The translations under genes and the position numbers were made by a program. Positions 55,295-64,000 of a stretch of DNA of 64,000 nucleotides are shown in pieces. The first letter of the stretch is position 1. Every line of letters starts with the position of its first letter. The stretch is from NCBI RefSeq assembly GCF_009914755.1, contig NC_060947.1. One strand, written 5' to 3'. The notes under the pieces are model-generated. The model saw only the letters and a program-made list of their open reading frames with translations. It was not told the origin of the DNA and searched no databases. This DNA is from the human T2T-CHM13v2.0 reference genome, Homo sapiens.

Positions 55295-55515
55295 GTGTGT
55301 GAGTTTGCCAGGACTGCTGTAACAAAGTACCACAGCCGGGTGGCTTAAACAGCAGAAATGTATTGTCTCCTAGTTCTAGAGGCCAGAAGTATAAGATCAA
55401 GGAGTCTGCAGGGTTTATTCTGTCTGAGGTCTCTGAGGGAAGGATCTGTTCCAGGCCACTCTTCGACTGGTAGATGCATTACCCCAATCTCTGCTTTTGT
55501 CTTCACATCATGTTC

Positions 55516-55565
<50 letters not shown>

Positions 55566-55771
55566 TGTGTGTGTCTAAATCTCCCCTTCTTATAAGGATA
55601 CCCGTCATATTGGATTGGTGACCCACCCTACTGTAGTATGATCTTATCCTAACATAACTCATTACACCTGCAACAACTCTATTTTCAAATAAGGTCACAT
55701 GCTGGGGTCCTGGGAGTTAGGACTTTTGAACATATGAATTTGGCAAAGGGACACAATTCAACCCATTAACA
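55295..55771 (-). mobile_element. MLT1B/C-like solo LTR with (TG)n at 55519-55573
   Basis: CTGCTGTAACAAAGTACCACAG...GGACACAATTCAACCCATTAACA. Confidence 0.82.
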
Positions 55772-56024
55772 GGTAGTGCCATTGGCAAGGAGCTAGTTTT
55801 GTCAGCAGTTGAAAGCCCAAATGCTATTCTTCTAATGGAGAGAGTGCTGGGGAGCCCCACGTTTGGTATAGCCAGCTTCATACAGTTACATCCTTGTCAC
55901 TGACCTAAAGGAATTTGTAATCATTTCTGTGTACCAGATGGTGTCCCTCAATCACCATTACACTGATGACAAGCACAGTCTCTGACTGAGCTAGATGTTG
56001 TGTCTGAAATATCTATTTAGAAGT

Positions 56025-56410
56025 TGTTATGGACTGAGTTGTGTCCCTCCAAAATTCCTATATTGAAGTCCTAACCCCTGTACTTCAATATGTGACTATA
56101 TTTGAAGATAGGGTCTTTACAGAGATGATCAAGTTACAGTAAGGTCATTAGGGTAGGCATTAATGTAATCTGAGTAATGTCCTTATAAGAAGAGGAGATT
56201 ACGACACAGACATACACAGAGAGGAGATAAAGACACAGGGAGGAGAGGATGGCCATCTCCAAGGCAAAGAGAGAGGCCTCAGGAGAAACCAACCCTGCCC
56301 ACACCTTGATCTCAGATTTCTAACTTCCAGAACTTCGAGAGAATGCATTTCAGTTGTTTAAGCTATCCTGTCTGTAGCACTTTGTTACGGCAGCCTGAGC
56401 AAACCCATAG
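56025..56410 (+). mobile_element. MLT1B-like solo LTR
   Basis: TGTTATGGACTGAGTTGTGTCCCTCCAAAATTC...TTTGTTACGGCAGCC. Confidence 0.85.
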
Positions 56411-57213
56411 GGAGGTCCTCAAGGAGGAACAGTCCTAAACAAGAACAAGAGCGTCATTAAAATCCCTAAAGAGGCTGGGAACAGCCTTCAGATCCACCTC
56501 AATGAAGGCAGGCACTTGCATGGAGATGGAACTCTTTTTTCTTTTCTTTTTTTTTTTTTTTTTTTTGGTGCTGCCACTGCAGCATGTTCTCCCTCCTCTA
56601 CCCTGCCAGCATTACAATCAATTTGTTACAGGCTTTTCCCATGACTTACATTTCACTAGGTCTGCAGATTCAAACAATGAGCTCTGTGTATTAGATTTCA
56701 TAGGAAAATTGTGAGTGCACAAACCTATGTGACCAATAGATGCCGTATCAGACTGGGCACCAGAGCTCCTGCTGGGAGTCTTCTCCAAGTAGTGGCAAGA
56801 ACTGCAACTCAAGAATAAGGGCAACTAAATTAGCATCCCAGAGTTAGAAGGTCCTTTTGTTTAAACCAGTAGTTTTTAGCCCATGATCTTTTACAAGCCC
56901 TGCATGCAAACTGGCTCCTGGGTTCCTCAGTCACTGAATGTCAAATGCGGTGAGATGCTGAGGTGGTGCTGCTAAAGTTAGAATGCTCAAAGTTGCCAAT
57001 TAATTCTGTGCAAAAAGGTATTTACTTCATCATTCTCCACCTTAGGCCCTGCCTGATGTTCTCGAGTTTCTGTCAGTCTGGGGCCTCCTTAGAAGTAACT
57101 GCTGGCCTCAGGCTTGGAAACAAAGCAATCACTTAGAGCAAAGTTACTAGCCTATTTGTTGGACAGCAACTGGCTATATTTATCCTCTATTTTTCCCCCA
57201 CCCCCTCTCACCC

Positions 57214-57738
57214 CGTATTAGTCTCCAATTGCTGTGTAACAAATTTCCACAAGTGAAGCAGCTATAAATAGCACACATTTATTTTCTCAGTTTCCGTGGG
57301 TTAGGAGTCTGGGTACAGCTCAGCTGGGTCCTCTGATTGGGGTCTCACAAGGCTGCAATGATGGTGTCAGTCAGGCTGCATTCTCAACTGAAGCTTAATA
57401 TCCTCTTCCAAGCCCCCATAGTTGCTGGCAGGATTCGTTTCCTTGTGTGGCATGACTGAGGGCCCTGGCTTTTGCTGGCTCTTAACTGTAAGCTTCCCTC
57501 AAGACCTAGAGGCTTAGGCAGCTCACAACATGGCTGTTTGCTTCTTCAAGGGCAGCAGGTCTCTCCACTCTGCAAGGAAGGAACCCCAAATATTGTAACA
57601 TAATCATAGAAATGATATCCCATCATCTTTGCCATACTCCATTGTTGAGAAGCAAGTCTTGAGTACTGTCCACACTCTAGGGGAAGGGGTTATACAAAAG
57701 CATGACTCATTGCAAGTCACCTTTGAGTGTGTCTACCA
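57214..57738 (-). mobile_element. MLT1D/E-like solo LTR
   Basis: GTATTAG...TTGCTGTGTAACAAATTTCCACAA...GTGTGTCTACCA. Confidence 0.8.
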
Positions 57739-58004
57739 GCCCCTCCTATCTCCCACTGGCTCACCTTCTACAAGGTTAGGGTTAGTCCTAGATGATAGCA
57801 AGCATAGCAGCTGCTGACAGCTTCTATTCATAATACCACCAATGGAGTTTGGGGGGAGGGGCACTCAGCATGCCCCTTGTTATCGTGTTCTCCTTTCAAT
57901 GCACCTGTAATACCAGGTGCATTTCTTCATGGTCATCACTATCTTCCCAGTTAAGTCACATATGGATTATCACCTGTTTGTGCATTCAAAGCTCAGGACC
58001 AATC

Positions 58005-58181
58005 CCACAATATCACATGGACCAGCAGCATCAGCATCCTATGAAAACTTGTTAGAAGTGCAAATTATCTGGCTCTACACCAGACTTACTGAGTCAGAAA
58101 CTCCAGGGTGGAGCCCAGCAGTCTGTGTTTTAACAAGTCCTTGAGGGCATGCTGATGCATGCTCAAAGCTGAATACCACTG
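58005..58181. mobile_element. MER5A
   Basis: GGACCAGCAGCATCAGCATC...TTGTTAGAA...ACTGAGTCAGAAACTC...TGAATACCACTG. Confidence 0.82.
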
Positions 58182-58260
58182 AGTTCAGAAATAGGCTTTA
58201 TAGAGAAAGCAGAACTCTAATAGCCAAGAAGCACATGAGAAAAGAAAATTTAGTTTCCCC

Positions 58261-58620
58261 TGCATATTAGTCTGGTAGTGCTGCCATAACGAAGTACCAC
58301 AGACTGGGGAGCTTAAGCCACAAAAATGTATTGTCTCATAGTTCTGGAGGCCAGAAGTCTGAGATCAAGGTGGCAGCAAGGTTGGTTCCTTCTGAGGGCT
58401 CTCTCTTTGGCTTGTAGATGGCATCTTCTCCCTGTGTCTTCACATGATCTTCCTTCTATGTGTCTCTGTGCCCTAATCTTCTCTTCTTATAAGGCATCAA
58501 TCAGACTGGATTAGGGCCCACCATAGTGACCTCATTTTACCTTAATTACCCCCTTTAAAGACCTCATTTCCAAATTCAGTTACATTCTGAAGTACTTGGG
58601 GGTTAAGACTTCAACTTTGA
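58261..58620 (-). mobile_element. MLT1A/B-like solo LTR
   Basis: GCTGCCATAACGAAGTACCACAGACTGG...CTCATAGTTCTGGAGGCCAGAAGTCTGAGATCAAGG. Confidence 0.85.
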
Positions 58621-58862
58621 GGTGCTAATTATTCCTAGGAGTTGTTTGGGAATGCCAATAGCTCAGCACTGGGAGATCTTTGGGCATGTGAGATGTTGTC
58701 AGTCCCCTGCTAGAGGAGGAACTGCTGGTCCTATTAGAAGCTGAACTTAGAAAAAATACACCCTCTGGAGGAATGGAAGGGTTAGTTCCAACTAACTGGT
58801 TGTCCAGCAACCCCCAGAGTGAGCTCCCAAGATCACATTTAGATAATGCTGTCCATAGCACT

Positions 58863-59029
58863 TGCTATGGTTTGAATGTGTCTCCCAAAGTTTATGTGTT
58901 GGAAATTTGGTCCCCAGTGCATTAAGAGGTGGGACCTTTAAGAAGTAATTAAGTCATGAAAACTCTGCCCTAATCAATAGATTAATGTCATTATCTCAGG
59001 AATAGGCTTTTTATAGAAGAGAAGAGTCT

Positions 59030-59106
<77 letters not shown>

Positions 59107-59272
59107 TCTCCCCCTTCTGACATGGGATGATGCAGCAAGAAGGCCCTCACAAGACGCAGCCCCTTCATCTTGGAATTGTCAGCCCCTAGAACTGTAAGAC
59201 ATAAATCTCTTTTCTTTATAGATTACCCAGTCTCATGTATTCTGTTACAGCAACACAAAACAGAGTAGATAG
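58863..59272 (+). mobile_element. MST-type solo LTR with (TC)n at 59034-59110
   Basis: TGCTATGGTTTGAATGTGTC...TTACCCAGTCTC...TTCTGTTACAGCAACACAAAA. Confidence 0.82.
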
Positions 59273-59574
59273 CACCACATTAGTAGGCCTCTCTGGTTTA
59301 CGAAGACAAATAAAGTCACACTGACAGCAATAATTCAAATTTCACTGACATGTTTCCTGCAAAGTCCACCTCAAGCATTTTTAGGTGTCTCTTCTGTGCT
59401 CACAAACAATTTGCTCCTGCTGGAATGACTGCTGCACCCCTGGGCCATGCTGTTCCCTCCATGCTGATGCTCCAATAAGCACTCCACTCCACTGCTCTGT
59501 TAGCCACAAGAGTCCAACACTGTCTGTCACCCTTCTGCCAGAGCCCATGCTACTGCTGTTAGATAATGTATATA

Positions 59575-59912
59575 CAGCCTTCCCTCAGTATTGTGAGGGA
59601 TTGGCGTCTGGACTCCCTCAGATACCCAAATCCACAGATGTTCAAGTCCCGTATGTAAAATGGTGTAGTGTTTGCACATAACCTACACACATCTTCCTGT
59701 ATGCTTTAAATCATCTCTAGATTACTTACAATACTTGATACAATGTCAATGCTATGTAAATAGTTGTTATACTGCATTGCTTAGGGAATAATGACAGGAA
59801 AAACTCTGTTCATATTCAATGCAGATGCAACTATTCTTTTAAAAAATATATTTTTGATCTGCAATTGGTTTAATCCAGAGATGCAGAACCCATGGATGCA
59901 GAGGGCCAACCG
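59575..59912. mobile_element. MER2 (TcMar-Tigger)
   Basis: TA-CAG...CCCTCAGTAT start, GATACCCAAATCCACAGATGTTCAAGTCC, and CCCATGGATGCAGAGGGCCAACCG end. Confidence 0.85.
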
Positions 59913-60479
59913 CACAGCCTTGCACAGCTCTAACAGCAGACCCCATCAAGTGACAATTAGGCACTGCTCTGCTGGGTACAGAAGGTCCTACAAGTGCTAC
60001 TATTTTGCTAGGAATGGTTTTCTTTTGTGCTATTCTTCTGGGTTTAGGAGGAATCCATTTGTTGCCTCTATGAGCTCTCAAAACTATAGAACTAAATGTT
60101 CGTTTTTGAAAAGTACAGAAGAATGTCTCTCTCCCCTTTGTGTTGCACTCTGTTATTGAATCTCATGTTTCTTTCAGAGCCCACTGAAGAGAAGCTTTTT
60201 ATCCAGTTTGAAAGATCACATATTGTGTCAGGTGTGTATGCTTAGACCAATAAGCTATGGCCAGGGGACAAAGGTCACATCAGCTCCACTCTGTGGTCAC
60301 AGAGTAGAGGGGTTTGTCCTTATGTATCAAAGCCATTTCTAGGAAATTAGGGAGACATCTCAATGTCTTTTTCTTTTAATATTTGACACGTGTTTATTCT
60401 ATATTTGTAGTACAGTCGTATTTTCAACTTTTTGAAAATGATATATTATCAAAAATATAATTAAATTCAGTTTAGATTT

Positions 60480-60778
60480 CATACGTACTTTATAACATAA
60501 AATGACCGTTTTAACCATTTTTAAGTATACAGTTCAGTGACATTGAGTACATTCACATTGTTGTCCAACCATCACCACCATCCAGAACTTTTTTCTCATC
60601 TTGCAAAACTGAAACTCCACTCCCATTAAACCCTAACTCCTCATTCCTCTGCCCCTTCAGCCCAAGGCAACCACCATTCATTCTGTGTATGAACTTGACT
60701 ACTCTGGCATCTCATATAAGTACAATCATGCAGTATTGGTCCTTTTCAGGCTGGATCATTTTACTTACCATAATGTCC
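60480..60778 (-). mobile_element. L1MB-type 3' UTR fragment
   Basis: Similar to 11250-11530 (CCATTTTTAAGTATACAGTTCAGTG, CATCTTGCAAAACTGAAACTC). Confidence 0.82.
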
Positions 60779-62600
60779 AGTTGGCTTTTACACTCTCCCA
60801 TTCTACTAATAGAATTGCAAACAGATGCACGTCTCTTCATCTCAGAATTTTTTTTAATGCCTCAGTTCTGTCACTCCTCCAAATACAGACTTGTCCCTCT
60901 CTTCCTTTTACTTGACCACTTGCTTTCTAAGCAATTGCACTCTAGTTTCCATGCCACTCTCCATATTCACCAATGACCTCCTAATCAATTAATTTAATGG
61001 ATTTCCCCATGAAAATTCATCTGTCTTGATGTTTCCATAGAATTGAACAGACAGTACATTGTTTATGCAAGATTCGTATAATTATTATTCAATGGAAGAA
61101 CATTTCATTTCCATTTTAAAGATGGAGAAACTGAGCCTCAGAGTTTCATTTGTTTATTCACAAAACAAATATGTCTTGAGTTCCTCCTATACTAGTCCTA
61201 CTACTGGGTACTGAAGAAAGAACAATGAGCTTCACAGGTATTATGTATGCAAAATATTACATATAAGTATATAATTATGAATTGTAGTTAGTATGGATAG
61301 TTTTTTCAAATATTTTTGATCTGCAGTTGGTTGAATCCATCAGTAGAATGCACCAATAGAATAGATTGAATGCATCAATAAAATAGAAGATACAGGATTG
61401 CTGAGGGTTCACAGGAACGCCTGATTCAGATTGAAAGTGAAGTGGGTAGGAGTGGGATGAGGCAACTTTGAAGGATATTTTAGTCGTGCCTGGGCTTTTG
61501 AAAATCAAACAATATAAAGAATAATAATGCAAAGTAACATTTCCCTACATGACCCCAATCCTGCTCTCCAGAAGTACTCCTTTGAAGTCTTTTAGCTGAT
61601 TCTGATTTTTATCTTCTGGAGACTCAAACCACATCTCTAAACCATCTGCTTATACTACTCTTGGGTGCTTTATCATTTTCAATGGTATTTATTGACATCT
61701 CTGGAAGACAAGGCTTTAACTCAGTAGCATCACCTCCCCACACAGTCTTTCTCCCCACTTCCCCATACAACTACGGACCATTTTTGCCTCCTTTATGTGT
61801 CGCCTTTACCTAGCTATCTGAACTCTCACTATCCAATAATTGGCTATAACCTCTTGTAAAAATGTCTATCCAAAATTTAGTCTCTGAAGTGAGAACTTGC
61901 TCTAGTGAATCCTCATGTAATGTCAGCCAAAATGTTTAGGTTGTGAATTACTCCTGTAGGAGGTTAGAACCTTGTCTAAATATGCTAGGCATTATTTTCA
62001 TCATCATCCTCACCATTACCCTAATGGTTTTGCTTTTAATGGGTCCCAGCATTTACTTCTGCCAGGTTCCTAGGAGAACTACTAAACCTGGGTCCGATTT
62101 AGATATTATTTGTAATGTGCCATTACATTGTTTATTTATATTACAGTACACGTCATTGAAGGGCACAGAGAAAATCAAGTTCAGAGCCAATACTCTACCG
62201 TGGTATTGCCTATTACTCACAAATATACTCACTAATGAATTCCCTAACTGTTAAATAATTAGGCAAATGGTGTTTACAATGTTTTGTATTATGCAGAAAT
62301 CTTTGGTTGGTTGTTATATAAATGTTTCAGGGTATTTTAGTAATATCTAGAAAAATGGGTTGGGGTTTTTGAATGGGCTGCAAATGCAATGGGTTTTCTT
62401 CAGTCAAATCATGAAAAATGCTGCTGTAATCTGAATATTTGCTTTCCAATATGTTTTCAGAAATGAGCTAGATTCAGATAATGAGGAATTCCTGTACTTG
62501 CACTTCTATTTCTTATTCCTTGAGCTATAAAATCCCTTGACTCTCCATGTAAAATGAAGATATAACACCGTTACCTATTCCCTTTGTTTCTTCTCTCCTT

Positions 62601-62913
62601 TGTCAAAGACTCTCTCCTTTGACCAAATCTTTAGTCAGCTGAAACTGCCTTCAGCAATAATCCTGTCAGTCAGGTTAGCCAGAAACTCCTTATCCTTGAT
62701 ATTTCCTCTTAGTAATTTTCTATCCACTGATGCCCCCTCCCCCACCCTGCTCCCTGATTATAAATCCCCACTTGTCCATGCTGGAGTCCGAATCCAATCT
62801 CTGTCCTCCACTGCAAGACTCCATTGCAGTGGTCCCTGTACCTATCACCACTTACTCTCTCGAATAAGATCTGCCTTACCAACTTTAACAAGTGTCATGT
62901 ATAATTTTTAACA
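62601..62913 (+). mobile_element. ERV1-class solo LTR (MER31/MER67-like)
   Basis: TG...CA termini, TATAAA box at 62759-62764, AATAAG poly(A)-like signal, perfect 4-bp TSD CCTT (62597-62600 and 62914-62917). Confidence 0.75.
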
Positions 62914-62917
62914 CCTT

Positions 62918-63850
62918 CTACTCCCTACCCATTTCTGCCTCTGTACTTGTATTCTTTTGTTGTCAAGGTTGATAACATTTAGATTCTGTTCTATAAATCT
63001 AAAAGTGCTTTGTCTATAGTTGGTTCTAAAAGTTGAAAATCAATATATGGTAATTACATTACTATAACTATTCAATATTGCTTGCTGCACATCTCAGTAA
63101 TGTATTATATTCTTTTCCTAATACAACGTTTTTGCCTTCCTGGAGGCTTTATTTGCATTTCTTGTTTTCTTTGTTTGCCTCTATCATCTCCTTCTTAGGA
63201 TAATCCACATTCCTAAGGATCCAGATAAATCTCCAGAATCCCCTTTACTCCTAGATGCTCCTTTCTGAGTCCTCTGTCCTCCTGCATCCATGGTGACTGG
63301 GTGTTCTTTAGGCCAGTTGCTCAACTGTCATCCCAGGACTCCCCTTCATTGATCTCCTCGGCTGAATGTTTTCTGATACTCATGTCATTCTCTTTCTAGG
63401 TTTATACCTCATTCTTACACACATACCCAAGGAACATATTGAGAAAAGGTGCATGGGGATTGAATTTTATAAATTCCTGATGATCTAAAAATGCCTCTAT
63501 TCTACCCTCACACTTAACTGATCATTTTCAAGATATGGAGTACTAGGTCAAAAAGAATTTTCCCTCAGATTTTGGAGATCTTGTTCTTTTGAATGTAACC
63601 TGTTTCACCACGTCTTTGGATGCATTTAGAATCTGCTCTTTATCACTACTGTTTTGGAATTTCACGCTAATATACTTTGACAAATTTTTAATTTTCGTTT
63701 GCTGTACTGGATGCCTGGTACTCTTTCAAACTTAAGGTTGATATTTTTTTCTTCAGCCTAGAGATGTTTTATTCTATTACTACTTTGGTGATTTTCTCTC
63801 ATCCACTTTTTTCTGTTATTTATTTATGGAACTCTTATTAGTCATATGGA
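62918..63850 (-). mobile_element. Ancient L1M (ORF1 and inter-ORF) fragment
   Basis: T-rich antisense L1 ORF1-like text (TATTCTACCCTCACACTT, TTTTCCCTCAGA). Confidence 0.6.
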
Positions 63851-64000
63851 TTCAGAAATGTCACTTTGCTCTGAAATGATTATTATTGCAACTGTATACT
63901 TCACATCCTATAATGAGGAGGAACAGATACTTTACACCCTGAGATAAACAAACAGAAACCAGGGTCACCCTACCTAGTTTTCTTTCCCCAAAAGAAGCCA

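Noticed and set aside
62140-62496. Possible Tigger-like DNA transposon ending GATAATGAGGAATTCCTGTA
   Set aside because: Only one TIR-like end is recognisable; not enough to call without a search.

Overview
Primate, most likely human or great-ape, AT-rich genomic DNA: it carries AluY/S/J elements and an L1PA2-type LINE. I see no host protein-coding exon, RNA gene, CRISPR array or prokaryotic feature, so it reads as intergenic or deep-intronic. Well over half of it is transposon-derived: one full-length but inactivated young L1 (27119-33139) whose antisense ORF0 is still open, a complete THE1D provirus nested in an older MLT1, many L1M/L1PA/L2/MIR/CR1 fragments, four Alus, many solo LTRs and some DNA-transposon relics. 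Almost all ORFs in the supplied track are repeat-derived or chance ORFs. The best leads for something undescribed are: (1) an ancient ~260-nt direct duplication in apparently unique sequence (48249-49082) with an invariant 20-nt core and aligned AG/GT boundaries; (2) enhancer-like unique blocks with palindromes (35.0-35.4 kb, 20.0-20.3 kb); (3) an old/young mosaic pattern in the full-length L1; (4) two very small twin-priming L1 inversions. I cannot support a claim of a new biological system from sequence alone. Repeat subfamily names come from remembered consensus diagnostics, not from a search. Boundaries of old repeats are approximate.
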